A model generated the notes under the pieces. The model saw only the letters and a program-made list of their open reading frames with translations. It ran no database searches and was not told the DNA's origin. A DNA stretch of 64,000 nt from Phoronis australis (lineage: Eukaryota; Animalia; Phoronida): the NCBI GenBank assembly GCA_002633005.1, contig NMRA01000340.1, forward strand, positions 419,435 through 483,434, read 5' to 3'. This document shows, piece after piece, positions 36,634 through 60,097 of the stretch. The translations under genes were made by a program, and so were the position numbers. Within the stretch, counting starts at the first letter, position 1. Each line of letters begins with the position of its first letter.

Positions 36634-38763
36634 GATGGGAAGTGACTTCGACATATACAAAACATTTTTCGTAATTTACAATCTGTCGAGCGTTTTGAGA
36701 ATAATTTCTAGTATTTGACATAATTTTCAAACATTTTCTTTTTTCACGATGGAATTGAGTGTTCAATCAGTAGACAAACTCTATAACTTTGGTGTCAATC
36801 GAAAGCTGACTTTTCGTATATTGTCACGTGACCAGATACCAAAGCGGCCTGTTAGTGTTGAAAACTTGCTGCAGTGATTGACGAGGTTGGTTGCATTTGT
36901 GTCAAATATATGCCGAAATGTCGAATCATTTCCTGAGTGATTTGGCCAGCTGAAACATGTATACTTTTTTATTGTCTGTAATTCAAAAGTGTCAACTGGG
37001 TCTGTATATCGTCTTCAACCTGTCCAGGTCGACGTCACTCCTCAGTAACACTGAACAGTAAACCTCACTGTCGAGTGTCGTGACGTTGACTAGTCACTGA
37101 TCAATCGGTTACCCACTTAGCCAGCCACATAGCTGTATGAAGACTAACGTCTCTACTTAGCAGTTGAGACGGTGAAGCTGCTATAGGGCCTTCGTACACT
37201 GGAAGCTTTTTGGCTAATTCTGATTAACAGATTAAACCATCAAAGTCCCGTTCCTAGTATACTGGGGAACCCAATGTTCGTCCGCCTAAGCATAAAACCG
37301 ACTTGCTGTTGTACTCACCGAATTATTCCACTTCAAAGTTATGATCTGAATAGGATTCGATTTAACTCTCACAGATATACCGCATTCATCGATTCGGAAG
37401 TTTTCTTTAATTTGTGCCGAGTTATTTCAAATGTGCACTGCCTTCGGCAGCCATTTTATTNCACAGTTTTGGTCATCGGTAGCTTGTATTAAATTAAAAT
37501 CAAAATTTACCATATAATAATGCCACATATACTTTTATTTTCAATAAATAATTAGAGTTTTGAAAAATAGATAGACCGCGAAAAAGTCACCCTTCAGACT
37601 TCATAGCGGCAATCCCGACGACCGTATTCCTCTTCTTTCGGGAGCCGCCACCGGGAGCCGGGAATTCATAAGAATGTCCTTTGGAATTCCCCCTGAATAA
37701 ATATCAGGCCTTTTAAACTGCTGTGTAGTGTAGAAAATATGTCGTCAATCATTCACTTTTTAGCTTTTGCGCTTATCTGCATGACTTACATCCGCTGACG
37801 AATGCGGTGCTTCCAGCTGTACATAGGTAAACACCGGCAAAAATCAAACGTCATCCCTTGTTAACTGTCTCGCAGGCCAGAAAACCTAATTTCCCATGAC
37901 GGAATCCATACCCACACTTTTCGTTTCATATTATTGCTTTGATTCTTCCTGAACTCGTTTTTTAGCAACTTAACCAATGCCGTCAATGCCTGGACGACTT
38001 TCATGTTTAGACGTTTTGTCAGAGTGCAGACGATCAGTAGCATCACGTGACAACTTATTCAGAAACTGCAGGCACATTCAGAGAATCGAAAGGATTTGAC
38101 CGCGAGCGTCATTTGTGCACGTTGCATCAACTCGTTCTATTTTCCTTTCGGTGCTCATTCGAAGACGGGAGTTTCTTTGACGGCCACAGGGGCTTTTTCG
38201 ACGGTTTTTAGGCTTGTGTCGGGGTTCGTTACTTTGGAGCAAATGTCGAGCTGACAATCTTAGGATCTACTTGCCTATGCAGCTAGCTTTTTAACTTGCC
38301 CATCGGGCAAGTACTTTTCAAATTCCACTTGCCCGACGCAAAATCTACATGTACACGGGCAATCGGGCAACCGTTAGTGTTGAGCCCTGCCCAAAATGTA
38401 CTTAAAGTAATGGCACTTAGATGGTTTAGTCAGTATGAGGCACAATTTACCAAAAAGCTTCCGGCTTATAAATGCCGTGTTGGAGCTTCACCATCTCAAC
38501 TGCTAGACCTGTAGAGACAGTCACTGTGACACTGTCTACAACTAGGGATGAATACACGATTTTACTGTAAGTGGCTGCCATGTGCCTGAAGTTTTTCAGT
38601 CAATATATGCTTTACTGATTAATCCATCAAACTTTCAAAGTCATGTTGCTGTGAGTATGTACCTTTTGAACATAGAGGGACATCTTGGCTTAAAGAGTCC
38701 GTTGGTGTCTTCAACTCTTCCCAGCTTGTTGAACAGCAATACATTCTGTTACTTTCATTCCAG
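36634..38763. promoter_or_regulatory. Putative bidirectional promoter region between divergent MED17 and PCNX4
   Basis: Start codons diverge ~2.2 kb apart (36633 on -, 38801 on +). The region is visibly richer in CpG than the flanking introns. The PCNX4 ATG exon is preceded by an acceptor (ttcattccag, 38763), so a non-coding first exon should lie here. Confidence 0.5.
38248..38389. mobile_element. hAT-like MITE
   Basis: Right end ...gttagtgttgagccctg (CAGGGCTC-type TIR) with repeated cttgccc/gggcaa subterminal motifs. Confidence 0.5.
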
Positions 38764-38800
38764 GAATCATTATGCTCAAGGTAAAGAAGGGACTTGCGGA

Positions 38801-48508
<9,708 letters not shown>

Positions 48509-51500
48509 GTGAACGGAAATGGTGACCGTTTTGGATATTTTTTGATAGACTGAAAAGGTGTAGTTATACAATGTTACCTCTCATGTTGTGCTGTGTTTCA
48601 CATTTTTGCAACAAGATAATGGATGAAGTGAAATTGCTTCTCAATTTTAAGCAATAATGAACTTCAAGATAAATTCTGTGATATCTGATTGTAGTTATGA
48701 ATGTAAACAAATCTACGCATGCGGCATAAGTTATGTGCTATGCAAGCAGCTTACTTTAGACAAATGTGACGTTCCAACTTCACTCTGGGTCTCACAAATT
48801 GTAATTGCTTCACTTTAATCTTTGAGATCCACCTCGGAGTAATTTGTAATTTACGTTTTGTTTTACAAAAATTGCAAGCCGTTCATAACTGATGCTTTCT
48901 TAGGATGCAGTATTCTGAATCATAACATTGTGCTCTAATGAAGCACACTCAACCAAGGACAATTTGTTATTGGCCAGTAAGGTAACACGCCACCTTTTGG
49001 TCACATTGTGTGAGCCAATGATTTCAACTCTGAAAAGTTGTAATGACTGACCTGGACTTAATTCTTGGATGTGCTTATTGAGTAACAAAAACTGGTCTGT
49101 CATACAGACTTGCTTGCAATTATGGCTTGGATACATTCTACCATATCCTAATGATTGGATTTTTGAGACTGGCTGTTGCTATTGGCAACATGCATGGATT
49201 GGAGTCTAGCTCTTGAATATTCGATTAAACAGCAATCTTTCCTGACTTGAAATTATTTGGCCTTGTAGTGTTTTCCACAGCTGTTTCCGAAACAATAGTG
49301 AAATACTTATTCTAAAGAATTCGGACCTGCTGTTTCATATCATAGCATATTAAACGAATTAACATACGTACTAGGCAGCTTGTAAATTTTGACCCGAGGT
49401 CTGTTTTTGTTTCTTTGAATGATGTTTATCACTGTATTAGATAATTGTAAAGTACCTATTAAATGTACCTCTGTGTCTGTGACCTCCAAACATTACTCTA
49501 AGCTTGGCTTGAAAATTGGTGAATTATGCGATGCTTTGAGTAATTTTCCAATTTCATGCATAGTAATTGGTCAATTTTCAATTCAAGTCACAAGTAAATT
49601 TTGTCAGTCATAGACCCCAGGCTCCATGTCAAATTTTTCTTGAGACAGTTTGAAATTTTTTTGTAAATTTATTAAAGTGGCACACGATTTGTCAATATTT
49701 GAGTTGAATCTCAAGTACGTGTGGCCGCTGGCCCTGATTAGCAATTAATTTAATTAATTCTTTTGCTGTTAATTTATTTTTAAATTTGTTTTTGATGAAT
49801 TTATCTGAGCGTGCCCTTTCTGTATTCATGTTTTACCTCAGTTTTGTTGTTTGACAATATTGAGATTTGTTTATTTAGGGTTTTGCTGAATTTATTTTTG
49901 TACAAGAACCTCTAGTTTTTGAATCAATCTCGTTTGTCTGTAAGACGTACATCGCATTTAGTGTTTTTAGACATGGCTCAACCCTAAGCATTGTTTGTCA
50001 CGAATTCTTGTAAGAACTCTTGAAAAAACCTAAGTACTCTGTAAGAGTTTTCAAAATAGTATGATTTAATTAATAGATTGTCCATGCTCAAATTTTATGT
50101 ATGTGTCAATGGGTAATCTTTACGGTGTTTTCTGACTCGATTGTCATTTTAGATTGCCCTCATAACACATGTAGTCAGCGTTTTGTCCATGGGTTTTGTT
50201 TATCCTTTGATTGTTCTCAAGCTATTCGACTAATCTTGATGAAATTTTGACACTAAGATGGAGCAAGAAAACGTCGGCTTATTCAAGAGTTGGGTACCAC
50301 TGCTACCTCTATTGGCCATTTTGTTTTTTGATACAGAATTCCTCATTTGTCGATTATTTTCACTGTGGCTTAACAGTAGCAGTTTTCGAGCAGAGCTTTA
50401 CTTTGCTTGTAACTATTTTGTGTCGACTCGAGTATTTTGAGGGTGGATTATGGGTGGATTCTGACGACTCTTGCTCCCTGTGTGCCAAAATTTGGTCAGT
50501 ATAAACCAGCCTTTCACAGTAAAAAAATGAATATAATTCAGACCACTTAGCTAGCTGTCTCGGCTATTGTTCCATTCTCAGATTAGAGATGTTTGGTTTT
50601 GGCCGGTAGAACTGGCAATTTGTTATAATTCCATACCAGGCTTGGAAACTATGGATCATCAGGGGTGTTTTATGGGCTAGACCTTGTCATGAATAGTAAC
50701 AAACTGCCAGTGCTTTTCATTTGTCAATGAGTAAGGAACAAGATGGGCGAAGACAAGTAAGCGGTCAATTGATAAAATTGAAAGTGAAATTTCTTTGATG
50801 GAAGGCAGGTTTATGACATAAGGCAAAATAAAAGCTGTGTTATCACATCATAGTAATGCTATCAAGAGTGTGCTGTGGATGCATATTTACGATTTGCTAT
50901 ATGGTTTTGTATGATAGTTGTGTGGTTAGCCAGTAATTTTAACTCCTCTAAAACAAGTACCCGTTCAATATTTTTTACTTTACACCACAATATTAAAGTA
51001 ATCTCGACTCTCTACAAGTTTGGAACAATGTTGACCATGTTAATTCTAATGAAAATGATTTGTTAATTTATTTCAAATTATATTTATTTTTTAATTAAAG
51101 AATTGAATGTGAATGATTTTGTCTTTAATTTTCATTTACTGAACATGTTTTCCCCTAGCATGTCTATTACAGGTTTCAGTTCACACAATTAGAACAAGGT
51201 AGCTGTTGAAATGAAGTTCAAAATTTTATACTATGAACACAAGTCATATGAACCATTTTGTTTCCATTGATAAATGTCTCAACATGTAACCAAAATGAAA
51301 ACAACGAGTTATCGAAGCAAACAAGTGGCTCATTTGCCTTAATTTGTCATATCCACAGGCAAACCCGTATTTTGTATTTGTCTTCCAGTCAAATGATTGC
51401 ATTTTTCTGTACGTATAACCTCTCTTAGTCTATTTCCAAAAGTAGACCAATGCTGTGTTTTCACTGGTTTGTGTGGTATGGCTTCTCAGAATTCACCGAG

Positions 51501-54372
51501 TCAAAACTGTAACACTGATAATCCAATTACATCAAAACTATCGCAATGATGAAATACAGTAAAGTTAAGATATTAGAGATGGGTCTGTTGACAAAATTCA
51601 ATTCCAAGAAATGCTTTTAGTTAAAACAAAATTTAAGCAACTATTCATTTGCCCAGCAATTGCAATAAACGCACAAAAAGATGATCAAGGTATGACCTTG
51701 ATTCTGACACTGACATTAAGACACATGACATTCCTTCAGAAGGAATTCCCCTGGCAGCTTCTGAGCTGAGCTAAAACTCCAAGCCAGCTCCGAAGCAATC
51801 ATGCATGAACAAATTGTAGTGTACACTCTTTCTGAACTCAAGAGATCAATTCTCAGCTAGGTATCGGAAAATCTCACCATTTTCATACTAAAGTATTAAA
51901 TTGCCCTTTTCTCTCGTTTCAAATGCGCTTACAATGAAGTTGTGAATGTTTGTAACTTTTTAAAACACTGCCTCACGGTAGCTACATGTATGGTATAGAA
52001 CAAGGAAGGCATTAATTTGGTGCTTCACATCTTTCATTACCTACCATTTTCCTTGACTGTGAAAACCAGGTAATTTCCAACATCAAGATCTGCTAGCATC
52101 ATGTTCCATTAAACTTGACAAACAAGCCTATCGTGTTGGTACACAATGTGATAGTAAGCCAGTCAGAGCTTACAGTCACACAAAGGGAATGAGCGGTTTA
52201 AAGTTAAGTCTTAAATTCTTCGAAAATCGGCCGTTTTTCTCCGTTTGAAGTTTTTTAGTGATAGCATTTCATAAAGAACACATCTTCTTCAAGACATTTG
52301 TTGAATGATGTTTACAAATAGTATTTTTAAGTATAAGTTAGCATCAGGCACACCGTTTACAGAATTGCTGGATTACGAGAACTTATCAGATGAACGCAGA
52401 CAATGAGAGAGCAGGATTACGTAAATATTGGTTTGCCAACTTTCTCTCCTCGCTATCCCTGACTAACTGACACAGCTGTATCGCAACTAGCCGATCAGTT
52501 TAGTTGGGATACTCATCCCAAAGCGCGGGTGCGTAAAGTCATGCAAACTTAAAAATAAAATTTCACTTGACAATATGTACCATATTGTACATGACGTATC
52601 ATAAATTGTTGAGATTTTGCCATAAAGACTAACAGGAGACCAATTTTATCATAATTAAGTGGCAAAAATAAATAGTTGGGTTCTTTTAAGCGGAAAGCAA
52701 GCACCGCTTTGTTGGCCCTTTATGCTATACACTCTACCTCATTTCACAGTCACCTTCTAGATGAAAAGCAACATCCAATAAATAAATGCGCAGTTAACAT
52801 CGACATGTAACTAGGAAAGAAGGAGAAGTGACCGCTACTGCAGACCAATGAGTTATGCGATGTCGAGTAAATCAAAATGATGAGTATGTGGTGGACTAAG
52901 AAATATTGGGTTATTGATGTTGCCATAAGTTGATCAATATTTGGATATTTGGGAGAGGTCATTTTCAGAGAATACCTGAAAAGCAAGCTGTGTATCTCCA
53001 CCTTTCAGAATGTGAAATACATCTTGGAACCCTGTTGATTTCTGATCGAGAACATATGGCATAAGAGATCAGTATACTTCAATCTTTCAGTTTATGCTCA
53101 AGTCCAACTTAACTCACTGCACAATTTAAATAATTACGCTAATAACAACATACATGTTATGTATAGAGAACTTGGTAAAACCCAATATCATTATAATAGT
53201 ACCTGCATATCATATCATATCATATCATAGAATAACAACTGTTTACAGGTAGTTTTATAAACAGCTAAAAGTTATGGCTTTTATTAAACTATGTCTATTA
53301 GTAATCTACTCATTATTTACATAGCACAAACCAAAAATAATGGACATACCCAATGACTAATAATGAAACATAGTTTCGAAAAAATACCAGAAGTGGCAAT
53401 TCTGGTAGGTTTAACGCACAACATTAAAGTTGCACTTTGTCAAATAACATCACAAAAATAATATGCAAACAGGCAGCCAAACTAACAAAGAATCTAAATT
53501 CACTGAGACTGAAATGTGGCAAATTTTCTAGTTGGCGCACAACAGGGCGAGGTAATATAATCGTATTTTTTTCAAATTACTGAACCAGAGTACACTGTAA
53601 ACTTCAAAAATACAATATTGTTGAAGGGATGTCACATATTTAACACAAGCGGTAAGACTTTGACTATTTGCAGCAATGGAGGAACGGCAATTGATGTACC
53701 CAAATTCCTAGAACATGATTAAATTAAAATAATTGTCAAAAATCTAAACAATCGTCAAAATAGAGTCACACATTCATTGCACATAACTTATAAACTAAAC
53801 TTTGTGGACGTATAGTACACGGCTGAAATAATCGAGAGACAAATACTTTCTATACCACAAGGACTGTTTCTGTTGATGGCAAAAATAACCACAAATGACT
53901 CATCCTTGCAACAAAAGAGCGTTTTCGCTGTGCTCACTTTCTGGTAAGTTCAGTGCCATTCCCAGTCATGACAATGAATTCCATTTAAACCCAGCTGCCA
54001 CGACAGAGAATTCTGGGTCACTTTATCAAATTACATCTAGCGTGCACATTACATTTTACACACGAGGGCGAATGAAACACACCATAGATAAATTATAATA
54101 ACTCTTCTAGGACGATATGTATAATGAAAGTCAAATGATTACAATCTACAGTGAGGTTGGTGATCTCATTAAATGAACAAGGCAGCCGCCCAGTGGAGCC
54201 AGGTGCAGCTCATGTCAGTACAGAGAGCAAGAATACAGAAAATATAATATTACCAATATTCCCATGTCATATAGTACAGTGCTATCACAAAAAATTTACA
54301 TCTAAATGCATGCGAATAAAGAAAATCTGCTCAAAATTTACAATGCATTGTAGGTAAATCTTGACTTAAAAT

Positions 54373-54815
54373 CTTGAACCTGGTCTGCTGGACTGTTAAT
54401 ACCTAATTCCCCGATCTTTGAAGACGGACTGTCTCTTTCGATGGGATGATGTTGACTACTAGTAGTGGCGGGAACTCCGGTTATGTGGGATCTCGTTTGT
54501 CTGGTGACATTATCAACACTCTCATTCCATGCAGATGACAATTTGAATCTGGCACCACCTAGTGTATTGAGAGGTTTCAGGGCTTGGATGTAGCTAGCCT
54601 CTCTGTCAAACCAATTTTTCTAACTGCACAGGATAAATAAGGTAGGATGCGCCACATTCAAATTGTCATCTGCACAATGTCACCAGGAGAACAAGATCTT
54701 GCATGACCGGAGAGTTCCCGCAACTAGTAGTAGTCAACATTATCCATTGAAGGAGACGAGATGTTTACCACCATCAAGGGATTAAGTAAATACATTTCAG
54801 CTGTCCAAGTTCAAG
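54373..54815. repeat. Long imperfect inverted repeat (~180-bp arms, ~80-nt loop) just downstream of the BROX stop
   Basis: gcagatgacaatttgaat pairs with attcaaattgtcatctgc; atgttgactactagtagtggcgggaactc pairs with gagttcccgcaactagtagtagtcaacat. Confidence 0.85.
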
Positions 54816-55004
54816 TAACAATAGTATGCATTTCCTGGATAACTCAAAAACTACACTACTGAAATATATTCTCAATAGACACACTTGCAATCCAGAAATA
54901 AGGTATTGGTGATCACTGGTAATAAACGGTGCACAGAATGTGAAACTCTCCTGTGTTGACCTTCTTCCACATCACCTTTGCGTTTCACAAGTGACCCCTG
55001 GTGT

Positions 55005-58000
55005 TCAGGAAACAACACAGCCGCTGCTGTTCTTAGGATCCTTGTTGGACTGAGGGATATCAGCCTCCTTCACTGGCGGCAAGTCACCCTCGGCCTTCAC
55101 TGCTTCCTTCCCTGCTTTCTGTAACAAAGTATAACAGGACTATAGAACTGCAGGCAAACTATAACAACCCAACAAGTGGAATGCAGTACTTCTCAAATTA
55201 AACTGGACAATGTCAAAGTTTTGAATTGCTAGTTCTACCAAGTGGCCACTAATTTTGGACTGGAAACCAATAGAACATGTATCAATTCTAGCTAAATCTT
55301 GGCAATATTTTGACAAGTATCGCACTTTGTCCATAAATTTCACAAATTAACTGACTAGGAACAATGATATCACAATGAATATTGACTGAAATTTAAAATA
55401 CTGTTATTTTACTGCGAACAGCTCGAGTAAAATTCAAAATAATTCTGACAAGAAGTCTGTCCAAGTTTGGCAGTACGGCAAATGTATAGTTTGTACTTCT
55501 AACTTTTAAGGAATGGACAAATCATTTGCAATTAACTAATTGTGGTCTTCAGAGGCGGCTATAAACTTATTAAAATGATGGAAAACTAACAGATATAAGG
55601 TCAAGGTCAAGATCACTGGCTGCCTCTGATTTATGACTAAAATTATCACCACTACCTCATAACTTTCCATAGTCTGGAATTAAAAATTACAACTAAATTT
55701 TTGTCTAGAGGCTTTTGCGACCTTTTAAACATAAATCAATGAACATTTCATTTAAACCATTCCAAGTATTTAAACATGCTATAGTGGTCCCACAATGTTA
55801 CTTTCGAGATCTCATAACTTTGGATTTCCCTTGAGATTGGTGAAGATGTTGGCATCCAAGACTTTACTAACAGCATCTTATCATAGAAGGTCAAGTCAAT
55901 AAAACATGCATTCATCGTTTCTTCTTAATAGTAGATAATACAAAAAGTTCAGCCAACCTGTTTCTCAGGATCTTTAGGCGCGATATTGAATGCATTGTAG
56001 ACCTCAGGTGTCCAGATAGGGTCAGTTGACGGCAGTGCATATTCCTCTGGGCTGACGAGCCCATGTGTAGCCTTCAACTCTAGCTCGGGCACTGCCTCCG
56101 GGACTTTATGATGATAACTGAAACAGAGGGTTAACCTATTGAGGCTACTGAGGGTTAGAGATTATCAAGGACAGGAAAATGGGAAATGTCAAGAGTTAGA
56201 GACTATAAAAGAACAAGAGACTACAGAGGAACGGTGACTACTCAAGTGATGAAACCATCATGGGATAAAAACACTAAGCTATTAAAGGCAAAGGATTATG
56301 GGGGTTTATTGGCTACAAGACAATCATCAAAACATTCAATGAAAACCAAATTCCACTACATAACAAGTGTGTTGCATCTCAACTAATCCACCACTGGTGT
56401 ATTGTAATGAGCATAGCTTCTTAAAATCATTTTCACTATTCCACGGATAAGGAATGCATTCTTTATATTAACTAACATGGCCAACAAAACATGTAACCAG
56501 AGTTGCATCCAAACAAAAATCAACCCATGCTGACGCATGTCTGACACAAATCTGTGGGTCAAGTTTCTTCCAAATCTGTAGAGACGCTTTCGACAACACT
56601 CAGCATACAAGGAATATTTTGTCAAAATCTGATCTAAAAATGGCAAACAGTGGGTGCAGTAGTAAAAGAATGCATAAAAAATTGACAGGAGCTGGTAAAC
56701 CCGTACCATGTGCGTCCCTTTGTGATTTTGTCAAAATCAAACAATAGTATTGACAATAAGTGATGGATAAGGAATGCCTTGCTTAGACAATAAATTTGTC
56801 AACAGGGGGTGTTGCTACAAGTCTTACATAAAACCGTTTTCTCTTTCGCATTTCTCCAGTGTTCTCTTCACAACCGGACCCAGTTTCCTAAAGAACAAGT
56901 GTTCGTGAGGTTTAGCAGTGGTGCCGGGTCCTTTTGTTTTGGAGTACTCTGTCCCCAATTTGCCAGCCTTCTCAAAACCTGGAGAATACAAAATATCCAA
57001 CATACATATCTTATTGACCACGTTGAGGCTGAAGTAAGTTCCCCAAAAACAGTGCAAAGCCGCAACAACTAGACCCTCTGTATTGGTTTTTACAGCTTTG
57101 ATAAAAACTGTAACACGCCGTGTGAACTTTTAAGTGACATCTTTCAGATAATTAATATAGAGTCATTTTAATTTTGTAAACAAGATCAATGCTTACGTGG
57201 TTTGGTTCTGTGATTATGTGAAAATGCGAAATGGTCTCCGTCAACACTGACATCTCTCCTCTATGGAACAAAGTATCGCCAACTAAAAATGACCAAATTT
57301 GCGACTCCGTTTTCCTTCAATAACCAAGCTTCAACTTACACTGAACACTTTCATGAAGACATTTGATGGCTTCTCCACACTTGTCCTGAGCTAACAATGA
57401 GTCGCCGTGGTAAGAATAAGCCTGAAACAGACTGATGAAAACTTAAAAACAGTACACACTAGGCAAATACTTGGTTCCCACTGATACTGTCTGTGATAAA
57501 ATTTTCATAACCATGAGCAGTATACGAAGTCTTTGTTAACAACAACTACAATCATGCATAACTGAATATTGCGGATATTTTTATCATCTTAAAACTTCAC
57601 ATAGAAACTTAGTATTCTTAATACTTTTTGTCTATGAATTTTGTATGTAAACTATGAAAACTATTTTGTCATTTTCCAGGATGGGTTGAAAAAATGAATG
57701 AAGGAACATATAACACTTGATCCTCACTCACATACAGTTTCCATAGAAGAGACAACAGACAGCCTTTTAAACAGGTCCACAACAATGACTATAAGTTAAT
57801 GAACTCAGATATAAACAGCGATGCACATGGGAAGACTGGTTTAAATACTTTAAACCAACAACGTGGTGACATCCAGATTATATAGAGCTAGGATAAACTC
57901 GTACATCTATTATCCAGTTGACTAATGCGTATCAACCTACCATTGACATGTAAAATTGGTTTTTCAGTTGCGCATATTTCCTCCATTTGTCAGCCATGCC

Positions 58001-60097
58001 TGGGTCAAGGGCAGCCAATGAATGATCAGTACTGGCAAACAACTTGGCTGTCTCGTAAGCGAGCGCTGATATCAAACCAGCATTGTGCTTCAGTTCTACC
58101 GCACGAGCAATTGTGACTGAAGTAAACAATTCACATTTCAGAACCACATATGCAAGTTTTCCAAAAAGTTAATGAAATTTCTTTGCTATCAAAAATTGAC
58201 AAAATTAGAAGCAGAAGTTTCTGGCTTATTTTCAAGTGATTAGTGGTTAGGGCTGTTCCAGCAAAATCTGTATGGGAGGGGGGGGAAGGCACTTTTATTT
58301 CGTACCCACCGCCCATATTTTTCATTTATTTCTCCAACCCATGACCCATAATTTTTTAATTATTTTTAATAGGTTAAAATATAAAATCCAACACTTGCAA
58401 ACAAATTGCCTCCAGGAGGACCTGTTAAGAACTTAGATGATTGACAGACAAGAACTAGTTGTCTTGTCCAATATTGTCAAAAACTAAAGTAGCCTGTTAG
58501 CAATNAGTTCTACCGCACGAGCAATTGTGACTGAAGTAAACAATTCTCATTTCAGAACCACATATGCAAGTTTTCCAAAAAGTTGATGAAATTTCTTTGG
58601 TATCAAAAATTGCCAAAATTAGAAGCAGAAGTTTCTAGCTTATTTTCAAATGATTAGTGGTTACTTATTACTGGTTTCCCCCAGGCTTTTTGCCAAAACT
58701 TCGACAAAGTAAAAACATTTCCCAGGAAATGGATGATTTTTTAAACTAGTGTAAAAATGTATGCATGTATACTAACTGCAAGACTTAGTGTTGTCAGTTA
58801 GAACAAGACACTAAATACCAATAATGACATCCTGTTAAAACAATGCTCCACACAATGCTGTGAAGCAAATTCCGTTCTTAAACAGGACTGACCACTGTAA
58901 TTGTGTTTTCCACACCAAGAACATGTTTACATTTCAAAGAAGACGTTACCATTAAAAGATCATCTTTAGGTATTCAAAGCTGCAATATTCTCATGTTATG
59001 TCAGAGAAACCGACTTTTGAACAGATTTAGACCACTTGCCGCCATAGAGTTGGTCTCAACTTGTTCCTTACTCAGCTGAGGGTGTACTCTGGCTATTACA
59101 TGAGATCATGCTCAGCGCTTTAACTCACCAAGACAAACAAATCTGTTGAACCTACACAGACAATGCATGGTCTGTCCAATATCTTACCTTCCTGAGCCTC
59201 AGCTGTGCATTGGTTGAAGTATGCCTCCAATACCCTGGGATCAGTGTCACACCCCTTTTCTGGCGTGTCTAGTAGCCGAGCCACTAGGTTATCTTTCACC
59301 TGTCTAAAGATACCAGCCGCCTGTCTCAGACACCTGTGAACGTCTTTGGCCTCCTCCATTGAGGGCTCTTCTTTGGAGCCGGCAATCTTGGCACCATGCT
59401 TGGTGAACCAGAGCGCCAGGTTTAACGCCATGGATATCACTTCGTAGTACATGTCATAACATTCCCTACAAAATGATTATTGAAGATTTAATCCAGTACT
59501 GAAAACAAGTGGTTTACATCTGCATGAAATGTCATGGCAAGGTGCACTAATTTTTAATACATAATTAAAAGTTATCATTTAGCAAATAAATTTGAACATC
59601 CTTTAGCTTCAGTTTTCACGAAATTTGTTGTTAATGAAATGAATGATTAAAATTCAATTATATTTCATATCTCTGCTGTTGACAACATGTTTATAATATG
59701 CACTCAAATTCATCGGAGGGTTTTCAAAGCTGGAGATCAGCAATTAGCAATTGTGTGTCCAGACAAAAGGACACTTTAAAAATAATTAATGAAATATCAT
59801 GTATTAAAAGTCATGGATTGTAACTAAGGCAAAGACCTCTGAAAAATCAGGATAATCTTTCTTACACCAATGTTTGAGTAAAAACCAAGTGTTCCTTACG
59901 TTGGTGTCTGACCCAACAAGGTGTTGGTCCACCTGAATCTAACCGCATGCCGCAGCTTACTGTCGCCCCCTTCAGGCGCCTGCAGAAAGCCGTGAAGGAG
60001 ACCGAAATAACTAGCACTTTCTTTCTCTAAAACTTCAACCTCATTATTAGGATTGGCCAGTAAGTCCAATAATTTGGCACGTTTGGTTTTCAGATCA
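55005..60097 (-). CDS. BROX: BRO1 domain- and CAAX motif-containing protein BROX; 7 exons seen, first coding exon not found in the window
   Basis: Exons 60097-59900, 59465-59188, 58116-57941, 57421-57340, 56978-56828, 56117-55958, 55118-55005; GT-AG and in phase. Peptides [103 protein letters not shown]; ends in the CAAX box GCVVS*. Confidence 0.95.
58250..58504. mobile_element. Left part of a MITE-like insertion, truncated at an assembly gap
   Basis: Begins after tta with gggctgttccagcaaaatctgtatgggagggggg; absent from the duplicate copy of the flank at 58506-58663. Confidence 0.5.
58506..58663. repeat. 158-bp near-identical duplicate of 58092-58249 starting at an 'n' (probable haplotype overlap)
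   Basis: Same length with only scattered substitutions; begins immediately after the n at 58505. Confidence 0.85.

Noticed and set aside
38582-38800. N-terminal extension of PCNX4 suggested by the ORF track
   Set aside because: It starts at GTG and crosses a clear splice acceptor at 38763; homology begins at MMESTIPLLNEYK (38801).
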